Shown here one piece after another: positions 26,524 to 36,773 of a DNA stretch of 53,836 bases (position 1 is its first letter; every line of letters starts with the position of its first letter). The stretch is from contig LSSH01000059.1 in assembly GCA_001595885.1 (NCBI GenBank), positions 1-53,836 of the forward strand, given 5' to 3'. The notes under the pieces were generated by a model that searched no databases, was not told the origin of the DNA, and saw nothing but the letters and a program-made list of their open reading frames with translations. Position numbers and translations under genes: made by a program. Origin of the DNA: Candidatus Proteinoplasmatales archaeon SG8-5. GTDB lineage: Archaea; Thermoplasmatota; Thermoplasmata; SG8-5.

Positions 26524-27771
26524 ATGCAAGAGAGCATATTCAAAGAGTATCTGAACACAAAGTCCATATTCAAAAAGGACAGGGAGGTCTTACGCCCGTC
26601 ATACATACCAGAGAAGCTCTTGCACCGTGACGCCCAAATCGATCAGATAGCTAGTATTTTATCTACCGCCCTTAAGGGCGAGCGCCCCTCAAATATCCTC
26701 ATTTTCGGCAAGACGGGTACCGGCAAGACAGCGACGGCAAAATATATCGGTAAAGAAATTACGAAGGCCACTCATGACCTACCAACGCCGTTCAAGGATA
26801 TCAGGTACATCTACATCAACTGTGAGGTTGTTGACACCCAATATGGCGTCCTGCAGAACATAGGCAACCGCTTCATCGAGGACTTTGACGAACGCATCCC
26901 GCCGACAGGTTGGTCAACGGAGAGGGTTTACAACATACTGTGGGAGAAGATAGATAATTCCCCCAAGGTAGTGGTGGTCGTTCTGGATGAGATAGACAGG
27001 TTCGTCTACAAGAGCGGAGACGACACCCTCTATCATCTAACTAAGATAAACGACGACCTGGACAATGCCAAGATCAGCATCATCGGCATATCGAACGACC
27101 TCAAGTTCACGGAACTTCTGGACCCCCGGGTCCGAAGTCGCCTCAGCGACGAGAAGATTGTGTTCCCGCCGTACGACGCTGACCAGCTCAAGGACATACT
27201 GTGGCAGAGGGCCGGAATGGCATTCGAGGACGGCATCATCGACGAAAGCGTAATATCCCTGTGCGCGGCCGTGGAAGCCCACGAGCACGGCGACGCAAGG
27301 CGCGCCCTGGACCTGCTCAGGGTTGCTGCGGAGACTGCCGAGAGGGGCAGGGACGACAACATCAGCGAGCAGCACGTTGTCAAGGCCAAGAACAAGATCG
27401 AACTCGACTGTGTGATCGAAGCGGTCAAAACCCTGCCGATACAATCCAAACTCGTTCTTTTGGGCATCCTGCTCGGGGAAGAGAACGGCAATTCAAGGCA
27501 AACCACCGGCGATGTATACGGGGCTTACAAGGAATTGGCCAAGAAATCCGGAACAAGTCTGCTAACCCAAAGACGGGTCGCCGACCTGATATCGGAGATG
27601 GACATGATGGGCCTGGTCAGCGCCCGGGTCAAGTCGTTCGGCCGCGGGGGCCGCACAAGGGAGATACAGCTGAGCGTACCGCTGATGGAGACAAAAAGGA
27701 TACTGGAAAAGGACCCGTCGCTTGAGCCAATTAAGAATCATAAGCTGAAGTATCAGAGCACACTAATCTGA
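26524..27771 (+). CDS. cdc6: Orc1/Cdc6 replication initiator
   Basis: LRPSYIPEKLLHRDAQIDQIASIL, Walker A FGKTGTGKTA, Walker B VVVVLDEID, and a C-terminal winged helix. The ORF-track start at 26422 adds a non-homologous leader. ATG at 26524 follows GGGGGAGG. Confidence 0.92.
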   Translation: MQESIFKEYLNTKSIFKKDREVLRPSYIPEKLLHRDAQIDQIASILSTALKGERPSNILIFGKTGTGKTATAKYIGKEITKATHDLPTPFKDIRYIYINCEVVDTQYGVLQNIGNRFIEDFDERIPPTGWSTERVYNILWEKIDNSPKVVVVVLDEIDRFVYKSGDDTLYHLTKINDDLDNAKISIIGISNDLKFTELLDPRVRSRLSDEKIVFPPYDADQLKDILWQRAGMAFEDGIIDESVISLCAAVEAHEHGDARRALDLLRVAAETAERGRDDNISEQHVVKAKNKIELDCVIEAVKTLPIQSKLVLLGILLGEENGNSRQTTGDVYGAYKELAKKSGTSLLTQRRVADLISEMDMMGLVSARVKSFGRGGRTREIQLSVPLMETKRILEKDPSLEPIKNHKLKYQSTLI

Positions 27772-28806
27772 GTTTCTGGGCGGGTCTTCGGCCACATCTT
27801 CAGAAATACCAACTTCATCATTCTCGGGTTCAGGGCTCCCTTCTGCATTTTGTGATTCCTGCTTGGCCGTCTTGTCGGGCTCCTTGGTTACCCCTTCTCT
27901 GTGTCTCGGTGTCTCCTCATTCGCCGTATCAGGCCCCTCTACTTCTCCGCCATCCTGAACGTCCTTACTATCTTTAACAAACAACCGCTTCCTTACACGG
28001 GGCCATCCGTAATCAAGGAAGATGGGTATGCTGATGATAATGATAATTACGGCAAAAAGACTTATCCAGCTGTTGCCAGGAGCGTCAACCGGATGGTCCG
28101 TAATCGACAGTTTGATGAGTCCGAACCACGGCAACTCGCCAATCGCCTTCCCGACGATCCACTCCTCCTTAACGGGGAGATAGGTCAACTGGTCGATGTT
28201 CGGGTTGTTATCTCCAAGGGTTATGTAACCGCTGTGCGGCTCCATTCGATGCAAATAGAAATTCCGAATAACCGTGGTCAGATTGATTGAAACGCTCTTA
28301 TGCGAATATCCGTAGTTATTAAGGATGACATTCTCTCTGCTCCCATATAATCCCAGGGAAGGGATGTCATACGAATAATTGCCATAATCAATACTGTTGC
28401 CCACTATTGGCGAGGCGTTTGAATTATTTACTTCTACCCAGACCAACAAACGATGTATAATTGGAACCCTTTCACGCAGCCCGTCAGGTCTATAGATGAC
28501 CACATCTCCGAACGAGCCGTATCTGCGGTACCCCGTAGCTTCCCCGTCCATGTATGACATCAGACCGTCGCTTCCTTCCACGTCCTTGACGAAGACCATG
28601 TCCCCGGTGTCTATCACGCCTATATAGCTCTTCCTTACACCCGGTGAGGGGGGATGCTCCATGCTCCCGGATTCAACGACCACCATGGGCGGCCAGACCC
28701 GGCAGTATGCATACAGGATAAGCATGACCAACAGGACCACGAAAAAGGCGAGCATCAGGTCTCGGGCAATACTAATCAGTAACCGCTTCATCTTCCTCTT
28801 GTCCAT
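27763..28806 (-). CDS. Signal peptidase I, archaeal/ER (Sec11) type, with a large insertion, a C-terminal TM segment and an acidic tail
   Basis: Box B VESGSMEH, box C GDMVFV, box D PIIHR (His instead of Lys) and box E ITLGDNNPNID. Confidence 0.7.
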   Translation of the reverse strand: MDKRKMKRLLISIARDLMLAFFVVLLVMLILYAYCRVWPPMVVVESGSMEHPPSPGVRKSYIGVIDTGDMVFVKDVEGSDGLMSYMDGEATGYRRYGSFGDVVIYRPDGLRERVPIIHRLLVWVEVNNSNASPIVGNSIDYGNYSYDIPSLGLYGSRENVILNNYGYSHKSVSINLTTVIRNFYLHRMEPHSGYITLGDNNPNIDQLTYLPVKEEWIVGKAIGELPWFGLIKLSITDHPVDAPGNSWISLFAVIIIIISIPIFLDYGWPRVRKRLFVKDSKDVQDGGEVEGPDTANEETPRHREGVTKEPDKTAKQESQNAEGSPEPENDEVGISEDVAEDPPRNSD

Positions 28807-28930
28807 GGTTAGGCTCCGTGTCGGGGTGCGTAAATTGGTTTTATATAAATATCCTTTTCTTCGCCCTCATTATCTGGCCGAAGACCCGACATAAAAACCC
28901 TTAAGTAATCACTGTTTCATAGCTGTATTG

Positions 28931-31861
28931 ATGGTGGGCGTATACAAATCCGGACCTAAGATATCCGTTATTATCATGACCGTTGTCCTAATTATTACAT
29001 TTATTACGGTCCCTGGATATCTGAAGGCCGACGAGAGCAATGAAGGATCTAAAATCCCAACGAACCAACCTCCTCAACCGTCCCAGACCGACCGGACCTT
29101 TGAGATATCGTCCTTAATCTTAAGGTCAGATGACGCGTTGGTTGGGAAGCACATTCAAAACCTCCAGGATTTCGAGACAAGATACTCATATCGTCCGGAT
29201 AAATGCGACAAGGCGGCCGAATATATATACCAGGTCTTCGACTCCAACGGCCTCAATGCCTCATACGATGATTTTGTATTCAACCACTTTGAGATGCGAA
29301 ACGTCATCGGCGAACTCCGCGGCACGGCCTACCCCGATTCCATCTACATCATATGCGCCCATTACGACTCGACCGGCACAATGCCCTGGGGCTTCGCCCC
29401 GGGCGCGGACGACAACGGCAGCGGTACAGCCGCCGTTCTTGCCGCGGCAGAGCTCCTTTCGGACTACGAGTTCAATCACACGATTAGGTTCATTGCCTTT
29501 TCGGGAGAAGAGCAGGGTCTTACTGGAAGCGGACACTATGCAAGCGTGGTCAAAGGCGAGGCTCAGAACATATCCGGAGTATTGAACCTCGATATGATAG
29601 CATACAATCCCGAACCAGCGTCAGTTGACGTTCGAATCAGACACAACGCCCCGTCTACCAGCCTGGCAAATTACATTAATAACGTATCGCAAAAATACCA
29701 GTCAATCAACTCAATAACCGCCACGGCCGTTCTGGACGGAACCACCAACAGCGATCACGCGTCCTTCTGGCCGGAGTACGAAGCCATTCAATTTTTCGAA
29801 AGACAGTTCAATACCCCACACTATCATTCGTCCACTGACATCATAGACAATTGTAATTTGACATATTCAGCCAATTGCACTCAAATCGCCATCGCCTCAC
29901 TTGCAGAGTTGGCCGGGCTCATCGGCACCGACACCTCGCCGCCCGCGCTTTCACCGGGATTCCCGCCGCCAAACGGTTTTGGAAAACCCGACCCGATAAT
30001 CTCAATCGAAATTACAGATCCCGCGCCGCTCAATATCTCAACGATGGAAATGCAGGTGGACGGCCTTCAAGTCGTTCCCAATCAGGAAATCATACCACTG
30101 GGTTTGAATCTGACCTACGATACGCCCCTGACATATCCGGATGGCGCGATCGTGAATGTGAGCATATTTGTGGAGGACATACACGGCAATGGAATCAATT
30201 ACTCCTGGGTCTTCATGATAGATGGTATCGCACCTCAGCCGCCATCAAACCCCGCGATATCTGTGACCCGCATTGAGGCGGTCAAACAGGGGCTGGTCAT
30301 CGACTCGAATACTACCGGGGTCGACGACAGATATGCTTGGGCGCCTTCGGTGATATTTCACGATAATGAATATAAGATGTGGTATTCTGCCCGGAGTCAA
30401 ACGAACTTCCACATTGCCTATGCAAACTCGACAGACGGTCTGAATTGGAACAAGTATGGGGTTGTGATTGCGCAAGGAACCTCAGGCGAGCCCGATTCAG
30501 GTCGAGCGCTTTATCCTACCGTTATATTTGATAACGGGGAATACACGATGTGGTATTCAGCGTATGACTCATCACATTACCGTATCATGTATGCGAACTC
30601 AACGGACGGCCTGTCTTGGACAAAACAAAGCATAGTCCTCGATAACGGCGGAATCAGCCAATATGATACCTACAACGCTTATATGCCCTCCGTAATAAAA
30701 ACTAACGAATACGAGATGTGGTATACAGGAACAAACGGTCGAGGCGACTGGCTGTTATATGCCAACTCTACAGACGGCATTAACTGGAATAAATGGCCAG
30801 AACCGGTAATGACAAAAGAATCAGACCTGCGGTATTCAAAAGGCCGCATCTGTTTTAGTACTGTTGCGTATGATGGCGAATATCATATGTGGTATTCAGG
30901 TTTTGACGGGTCCAGGCATAGGACCTTATACGCCAATTCATCAAACGGTATATATTGGGAAAGGCTAGGCCTGGCCGTCAATACAGGCATCAATGGGGAA
31001 AACGATTTCCTCCAGGCGATGTGGTGCTCAGCGATCATAACACCGAACGAAACAAAACTTTGGTACTCGGGATATGCGGGGGACGGTAAATATAGAATTT
31101 TATATGCTAACATAAGCATGGCAGATTACCAAACCGGCCTGGAGGTCAACTGGGCGCCGTCAACGTCAACCGACATCCTCCACTATGAGATATGCCGCGC
31201 CAACAGCCTATCTGGACTTACTCCCTGGGTAACATATCTGATAATGAATGACACGGCCTTCGTCGAGAACGGGATCGGAGATGAGGATGATAACAATTAT
31301 TACTATAGAATAAGGTCCGTGGACAAGGTGGGCCAGTATTCCGAATGTCCGCAAATCGTTGGCAAGATCGGCAACAACGCCGCCCAAGGTTGGAACCTCG
31401 TGGGCAACCCATTCATTGAGGGGAACTCGACCCTTGCCGGCCCGCTCAGTACAGTCGACTGGAACGCTGCCATGATATATGATATCTACGACCCCGCCCA
31501 CCCATGGAAAAGCAACCACACCGACAGGCCCCCGCAACTCAACACGCTGGGTTATGTGAATCAAACAACGGGAATTTGGATAAACGTAGTCGCACCGGAA
31601 AGTTACACATCCACCGGAACCGTCACGAACATATCAATATATCTTCTAGAGGGTTGGAACCTGGTTGCATACCCGCATCATGACGTCAAGATAGTGAGTC
31701 AAGCGCTGACAGGACTCCCATATGACATTGTGGAGAGATTCAACCCGGCCGCGCCGTATTACATATCGACAATGGGAGCGACCGACCCGATGTATCCAGG
31801 GTACTCATACTGGATACACATGACGTCTGCCGCAGTCTGGTTTGCCGTCAACGAATTGTAA
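28931..31861 (+). CDS. Secreted multidomain protein: M28 Zn-aminopeptidase, Ig-like domain, five-bladed beta-propeller repeats, FN3 and a C-terminal domain
   Basis: Signal/anchor segment ISVIIMTVVLIITFITVPG. M28 ligand blocks AHYDS, GADDNGSG, FSGEEQGL, LDMIA and SDHASF. Five repeats of the form PSVI..gEY.MWYS....Y.I.YANStDG..W (about 30320-31117). FN3-like YYYRIRSVDKVGQYSE. Confidence 0.75.
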   Translation: MVGVYKSGPKISVIIMTVVLIITFITVPGYLKADESNEGSKIPTNQPPQPSQTDRTFEISSLILRSDDALVGKHIQNLQDFETRYSYRPDKCDKAAEYIYQVFDSNGLNASYDDFVFNHFEMRNVIGELRGTAYPDSIYIICAHYDSTGTMPWGFAPGADDNGSGTAAVLAAAELLSDYEFNHTIRFIAFSGEEQGLTGSGHYASVVKGEAQNISGVLNLDMIAYNPEPASVDVRIRHNAPSTSLANYINNVSQKYQSINSITATAVLDGTTNSDHASFWPEYEAIQFFERQFNTPHYHSSTDIIDNCNLTYSANCTQIAIASLAELAGLIGTDTSPPALSPGFPPPNGFGKPDPIISIEITDPAPLNISTMEMQVDGLQVVPNQEIIPLGLNLTYDTPLTYPDGAIVNVSIFVEDIHGNGINYSWVFMIDGIAPQPPSNPAISVTRIEAVKQGLVIDSNTTGVDDRYAWAPSVIFHDNEYKMWYSARSQTNFHIAYANSTDGLNWNKYGVVIAQGTSGEPDSGRALYPTVIFDNGEYTMWYSAYDSSHYRIMYANSTDGLSWTKQSIVLDNGGISQYDTYNAYMPSVIKTNEYEMWYTGTNGRGDWLLYANSTDGINWNKWPEPVMTKESDLRYSKGRICFSTVAYDGEYHMWYSGFDGSRHRTLYANSSNGIYWERLGLAVNTGINGENDFLQAMWCSAIITPNETKLWYSGYAGDGKYRILYANISMADYQTGLEVNWAPSTSTDILHYEICRANSLSGLTPWVTYLIMNDTAFVENGIGDEDDNNYYYRIRSVDKVGQYSECPQIVGKIGNNAAQGWNLVGNPFIEGNSTLAGPLSTVDWNAAMIYDIYDPAHPWKSNHTDRPPQLNTLGYVNQTTGIWINVVAPESYTSTGTVTNISIYLLEGWNLVAYPHHDVKIVSQALTGLPYDIVERFNPAAPYYISTMGATDPMYPGYSYWIHMTSAAVWFAVNEL

Positions 31862-32167
31862 CAATTCCGTGATCCTTACCACAACCACCAATCAGTAAAC
31901 TATATTTCCGATGAAAGACATTGATGTACGCCCCTGCGAAGGTCGTGCAGATGCGGGATTCTTCGAATGCCGAGGTGATGCGCGATGCATATGGGGGTCG
32001 TCTTCGAAAAGAGACGCGGGCGCTCTATGGGTCCCTCCAGGACAAAGGCGTGACGCCTGTGGATGACTGGAGAACAACCCACGCGTCCAACACCCCCTCG
32101 GCCAGGGTCAGGGTACGGAGATAGCTGAGCTTACGATGAGGTTTCCTGTTACGGCCGAGGGACACAC

Positions 32168-35100
32168 TTAGGGTTTATTCTCCGGAGGTCCGCCCTCTGG
32201 CGTAGTGTCATTTGTAACGGATGGCTTTCCTCCTGGTCCCTTCTCCTCAACACCCTGTGTGTTGGACAAGGCATCCGGGATTTCACCCGCATCCCCGTTC
32301 GTCGCCTTGTCTACAGAAGCATCTGTTTGGTCGGCCGATCTTTTCCCCAGCTCCTTCCTCAGCTTCTTGATCTCGACGTTAGCGCGCCTCATCTTCATGC
32401 GCAGAGCGCGGCCCCTGATGTATTGGGCGCATATGATGACGGATAACATGAATATGACAGCCAGAAGCCACCAGATCTCATCCAGTGAGGATCCGGCCGA
32501 TTCTGACTCGGTAACGAATTGCCAAGCGACATCATTGCCGATGGTGTTGCCGTCAAGGTCACTGGCAGAAGCAGACAGCCTAGCCGTGTAGGTCGTATTG
32601 TAGGCCAGAGCCGAGGTGGGTGTGAACTTGAAGGCCGTCCCGCTAACGCTCCAGGAAAATGAGCCGTTAACGGTCGTAGAGCCATTCATTACAGTGAACG
32701 CATTTTCCACGGCCGTCCTGTTCATCACCTTGCTGAAATCCACGGCAATGAATGTGTTGATGAGCACGCCAGTCGAATTATGGTCGGGAAATACGTCCTC
32801 GACGACCGGAGGCGTCTGGTCAATGCTGCTGGCAACGGTGAACCGGAGCATGTATTCATCCCCGCCAAGCCCGTCACCGTTGCCGTCGATCCTGTTACCG
32901 TCCACATCCGTTGCCAAACCATGGATCGAAATCAAATACTGAGTAGCCTCGGCAAGTGTTTGATTGAGGACCAGCGTGAGGTTCATGTCCTGACCCTGCC
33001 ATACGGATGTGAACCCGAAGGTCGGCGTGACAGTCAGCCCGTTGAGAACCGATACCGTATCCATGGATTTGCTGAAGTTCAGCATGATGGCGCCGATGTC
33101 GACCGGCACACCTATGTCACCGTTGATAGGATACGAGGAGGTCACCTCCGGCGGTTTGGGCGCCGTGGAAAAAGAGAAGACGTGATCATCCCCAACCTCG
33201 ATAACGTCGTTGCCGTTGCCGTCTAATGGCATGTCATAGGCCGAACGGGCCGATGAGTTCAATGTAACAGTATAGACGGCATCATAGTCTAGTATGACCG
33301 CAGGCCTGAAGGAGAAGACCTTGTCATCGTCGAACCACTCTACAGTACCGCTGGACGAATCCTTTTCTAGGATTCCGTTTGTATAGCTGAAAGCATCCTC
33401 GACGGAGGCCGTGTTCATCTCGATGTTGAATATCAGATTCAGTATCATGTTCGCTGGGATGTTGGACGAGCCGTCCGGGGGATTGGTGTGTATCACCTTC
33501 GGAAGGGGCGGGTCCAACCAGGTCGTGAACTGGGATGTGAAGTTATCTCCGCCGACGCCGTCCCTATCCCCGTCCAGATTAGAGCCGCCCTGGTCCCTGA
33601 CCCACAAGCTGTCCAGCAAAATGGTATGCGTCGTGTTGTTCGCCAGGGCCGATGCCGGCTGGAACGTCATGATGGTCATCGCGGGATTCCAGGTCACGGT
33701 CCCGTCAGCGACCGTCAGGTTCGTCAATCCGTCAGATACACTGAAGCCGTTCTGGGTGAAGGCCATGTGCATGGGCTTTGAGAACTGGACCATTATCTCG
33801 GTGTTCGGGTCCACCTCGGTCAAACCGTCATCCGGATATGTCGAGAGAACGACGGGCGGAGGCTCCCCCGTCGTGAAGTTCCACGTTAATACGTCCTCGG
33901 GCCAGTCATCTACGGTGCCGTTCTTGTTACCATCAAGATTATTACCATTTATATCGGTCGCGGAACTGTTGATGGAGACGTCGTAAGTCGTATCCAGCAT
34001 CAGATATGCCGACGGTGTGAACGTTGACGTGTTCGTGGATTCAATATGGCTCCACATCCCATCGGAGCTGTCGAACACGGTAGTTCCGTTCGAATAACCG
34101 AACGCCTCCTCGACGGACGTCCAGTTCATGGTCTCGTTCCAGACGATGACGAACTGAGCATCGATCGGCACAGCGGTGCCGTTGGGGCCGTGGGCCTTGG
34201 CGAAGGGCAGATACACATCCTCGTAAATTGTGGTGAAGTTCCAAGATAGGACATCAGCCGGCCAATAGCCGCCGGTGCCGTTTTTATCTTGATCAAGAAG
34301 GTTGTTCGCCAGGTCCTTGGCTGTGACATTGATATTCACCCAATACTCTGTAGAATAGTTCAGTGCTTCAGTTGGGGTAAACACAGACGTATTCGCCGTG
34401 TAATTATGGGCCCACGTGCCATTCGAGGAGTTCCAAACGGTTACATTGTCAGTGTAATTGAAGGCCTCTTCCACTGACGTCCAGTTCATCGTTTCGTTCC
34501 AATGAATCATGATTGGTGAATAGATGGGGGCGAGGGTACCGTTTGGCGAGAAGCCAAGGGCGTAAGGGGGAAGCCCTTCGGCAAATGACTGACCAGCATA
34601 GGGAGCCATCAAAGGATACCTGTCTATCGAATTTCCGTCAATAATGTATGGATTGTCACAGACTCCATCAAGATCCGCATCAGGGCCAGTATGAGTGTCA
34701 TAGTAATTGCCCCCAAGCGGGTAATCACCATCCCAAATCATGGCCCCGTCATCTACTATATTAACTGTATTGTTAAAAAACCCGTTATGAAATAATAAAT
34801 TAGTATACAAAACGATTGAAGCATTGAAACCTATGTTGTTATCCATTAGTGTATTATTCTCAATAGTACAATTGTAAGAATCGGATAATTGAATTCCATT
34901 GTCCATATTGTTGTGAGCATCATTCTGAGTAACATTGATCATGAAACAATCGTGTATCAATATTCCGTACGAATTGTTAACCAGAGTATTGTTATGCACT
35001 GTACTAAAAGATGAATTGCTGATTACAATTCCCCCGCCCATGAAAAACGGATATAAGGCTTGGCCTCTTGAATTATTTAGCGTACAATTCATTATGTTAA

Positions 35101-35425
35101 AGTGGTCCGTCGTATTCGCCACGTAGATGCAGGGGCCAGTTCCGGTGCCGTTGATCTCGTAATTCTCAATCTCCCACGGCGTGGCAGCACTCCCATCTCC
35201 CCCTGTCGCGACGCCGGGAAAATCGGCATCGCTGTCTATTCTGATGGGCGCGTGCGGGGCCAGCACACGCTGCTTTTCTTGGGCATCACCCACGCTCACT
35301 GGCGTGATAATGGCTACGCCTCCAATCATTAAGCCTATGACCAGAATCACCGATAACGCCGTCTTTCCCATCACACGCATCCCGTTTCCCATATTGGTTA
35401 CTCTCATAAATAATCTGTTGTCCAA
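32168..35425 (-). CDS. Large cell-surface (S-layer-like) protein: signal peptide, right-handed beta-helix (PbH1/NosD-like), six tandem SbsA-type Ig-like domains, TM anchor and cytoplasmic tail
   Basis: PbH1-like N-rich repeats (NIMNCTLNNS, HNNTLVNNSYGI, ENNTLMDNNIG). Six modules of about 115 aa, each ending NLDGN/DGDxDG...F.T (32510-34573). TM segment WWLLAVIFMLSVIICAQYI. Dozens of N-x-S/T sequons. Confidence 0.75.
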   Translation of the reverse strand: MDNRLFMRVTNMGNGMRVMGKTALSVILVIGLMIGGVAIITPVSVGDAQEKQRVLAPHAPIRIDSDADFPGVATGGDGSAATPWEIENYEINGTGTGPCIYVANTTDHFNIMNCTLNNSRGQALYPFFMGGGIVISNSSFSTVHNNTLVNNSYGILIHDCFMINVTQNDAHNNMDNGIQLSDSYNCTIENNTLMDNNIGFNASIVLYTNLLFHNGFFNNTVNIVDDGAMIWDGDYPLGGNYYDTHTGPDADLDGVCDNPYIIDGNSIDRYPLMAPYAGQSFAEGLPPYALGFSPNGTLAPIYSPIMIHWNETMNWTSVEEAFNYTDNVTVWNSSNGTWAHNYTANTSVFTPTEALNYSTEYWVNINVTAKDLANNLLDQDKNGTGGYWPADVLSWNFTTIYEDVYLPFAKAHGPNGTAVPIDAQFVIVWNETMNWTSVEEAFGYSNGTTVFDSSDGMWSHIESTNTSTFTPSAYLMLDTTYDVSINSSATDINGNNLDGNKNGTVDDWPEDVLTWNFTTGEPPPVVLSTYPDDGLTEVDPNTEIMVQFSKPMHMAFTQNGFSVSDGLTNLTVADGTVTWNPAMTIMTFQPASALANNTTHTILLDSLWVRDQGGSNLDGDRDGVGGDNFTSQFTTWLDPPLPKVIHTNPPDGSSNIPANMILNLIFNIEMNTASVEDAFSYTNGILEKDSSSGTVEWFDDDKVFSFRPAVILDYDAVYTVTLNSSARSAYDMPLDGNGNDVIEVGDDHVFSFSTAPKPPEVTSSYPINGDIGVPVDIGAIMLNFSKSMDTVSVLNGLTVTPTFGFTSVWQGQDMNLTLVLNQTLAEATQYLISIHGLATDVDGNRIDGNGDGLGGDEYMLRFTVASSIDQTPPVVEDVFPDHNSTGVLINTFIAVDFSKVMNRTAVENAFTVMNGSTTVNGSFSWSVSGTAFKFTPTSALAYNTTYTARLSASASDLDGNTIGNDVAWQFVTESESAGSSLDEIWWLLAVIFMLSVIICAQYIRGRALRMKMRRANVEIKKLRKELGKRSADQTDASVDKATNGDAGEIPDALSNTQGVEEKGPGGKPSVTNDTTPEGGPPENKP

Positions 35426-35459
35426 AAGGGATTTATGGCGATTGTCGTTTTACCGCAGC

Positions 35460-35696
35460 ATGGAGCGCATCTACGTCCTGGCGAAGATCAACGCCGATTC
35501 GTTGCAGGAGACCATAGCCGGGCTGCACAAGGTGAAGGGCGTCAAGGCGGTGGACTCGGTTACGGGGTCATATGACATGGTGGTGTGCATCGAGGGCGAC
35601 AACATCGCCCGCATGCTCTCAACCGTGGTCAAGGAGGTGCGTAACATACCCGGGATTATTACGACGGAAACGCTCGTGGTCATCGGAATCGATTGA
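35460..35696 (+). CDS. Stand-alone Lrp/AsnC-type ligand-binding (RAM) domain protein
   Basis: MERIYVLAKINADSLQETIAGLHKVKGVKAVDSVTGSYDMVVCIEGDNIARMLSTVVKEVRNIPGIITTETLVV. The ORF-track start at 35181 lies antisense within the surface-protein gene. TTTATGG lies about 26 nt upstream of ATG 35460. Confidence 0.7.
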   Translation: MERIYVLAKINADSLQETIAGLHKVKGVKAVDSVTGSYDMVVCIEGDNIARMLSTVVKEVRNIPGIITTETLVVIGID

Positions 35697-35760
35697 TCGG
35701 TAGGTCGGGCCGGCATCCCGGCAATTGGAGTTCTACGCAATATTGATATGGCAATTCCCA

Positions 35761-36711
35761 ATGTCACGCATGATGCGGTTCAGGACATACGACGAGGTCG
35801 ACCCGCGGGCGGTCGCCAATCTCGCGTTGGCGGGTTTCGGATGGAATCTTGACGCGTACAGCGTCAGGAAGCTCAGGAGGCAGGACAAGAACTGCCCGGA
35901 CTGGTTCGCCATGTACGCGGTCGATGACGAAGACGTCATAGGCCAGGTGGGCGCGGCCTACCCGACCATCCAGACGGCCGAAGGACCGATGAAGCTCGGT
36001 TATATCTGGGGGGTCACGACCCAGCCGGACAAGACCCAAAAGGGCGTTGCCAGGAAGCTCATGGAGCGCGTCCACGAGCAGATGAGGGAGGACGGCGCCG
36101 GCATCTTCGCATTGAGCACGATGAGGTCGCTGGTCGCACATGGCCTATACGTGTCCCTTGGGTACCATCATGTTCAGCCGTACGGTTGGAACCAACGCCC
36201 CATACGCAAGTACAAGAGGGAGGGCATCAGGGTCAACATCAGGAAGCGGAGCACGACCCAGATGTTCGAGCTATACAGGACGTTCAGCAAGGGCGCCTTC
36301 GGTTTCGTCCACCGCCACCCCAAGTTCGTGGAGACAAGGTGCCTATGGTTCCCGTACATCTCCGAGATCAATGTCTTCACACGTGATGATGAACCATTGG
36401 GTTATGCCCTGGTCCTGTCAGGCAAGAGGGGAGTGGTCATTCGGGAGATATTTTGCCCCATATCCAGTAACATCCCCGGATGCGTCAGGGCCATCGAGAA
36501 CAGGTACCAGCGCAGGAACATCACCTGCCTATCCCACAGCAGGGACGACGTAATCAAAGCATTGGGTTCGGTGGACCTGGCACCCGAGAGGCCGAGTTTC
36601 GGTGTGCTCATGATGCGGATGCCCAAAGGACGTTCATCAGAGAAATCGATCAAGAAACTCGTGGGGAAAGACAGGGGCCGTTTCCAGTTCACTGCCACTG
36701 ATGAATATTGA
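35761..36711 (+). CDS. GNAT-family acetyltransferase with a C-terminal extension
   Basis: YIWGVTTQPDKTQKGVARKLMERV is the acetyl-CoA binding motif region. The start (MSRMMRF) was chosen over upstream ATG 35725. Confidence 0.65.
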   Translation: MSRMMRFRTYDEVDPRAVANLALAGFGWNLDAYSVRKLRRQDKNCPDWFAMYAVDDEDVIGQVGAAYPTIQTAEGPMKLGYIWGVTTQPDKTQKGVARKLMERVHEQMREDGAGIFALSTMRSLVAHGLYVSLGYHHVQPYGWNQRPIRKYKREGIRVNIRKRSTTQMFELYRTFSKGAFGFVHRHPKFVETRCLWFPYISEINVFTRDDEPLGYALVLSGKRGVVIREIFCPISSNIPGCVRAIENRYQRRNITCLSHSRDDVIKALGSVDLAPERPSFGVLMMRMPKGRSSEKSIKKLVGKDRGRFQFTATDEY

Positions 36712-36773
36712 CATAATGCAGGGGATGGGGTATTTTTCAAATAAGTATGGGCCATCCAATGACCAAATCAGGT

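Noticed and set aside
26302-26606. Minus-strand ORFs of 75 and 66 aa, and the N-terminal 34 codons of the ORF-track cdc6 model
   Set aside because: They overlap the ORB/TATA region. The Orc1/Cdc6 homology begins at the ATG at 26524, which has a GGGGGAGG site upstream.
31921-32124. A 67-aa ORF, plus antisense 60-61-aa ORFs, in the 306-bp gap between the two convergent giant surface-protein genes
   Set aside because: The composition is Arg-rich and there is no TATA or SD signal at the right distance, and no motif. Several overlapping ORFs in both orientations suggest chance open frames. The gap may still hold terminators.
34700-35100. An AT-rich dip inside the surface-protein gene, considered as a possible foreign insert
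   Set aside because: It coincides exactly with the Asn/Ile-rich PbH1 beta-helix repeats (AAT/AAC/ATT codons), so amino-acid composition explains the skew.
27763-35425. Signal peptidase plus two giant exoproteins as a dedicated secretion 'system'
   Set aside because: The three genes are in alternating orientations, so they are not an operon. A general Sec11-type signal peptidase is a housekeeping enzyme. The adjacency is noted under the individual findings but is not claimed as a system.
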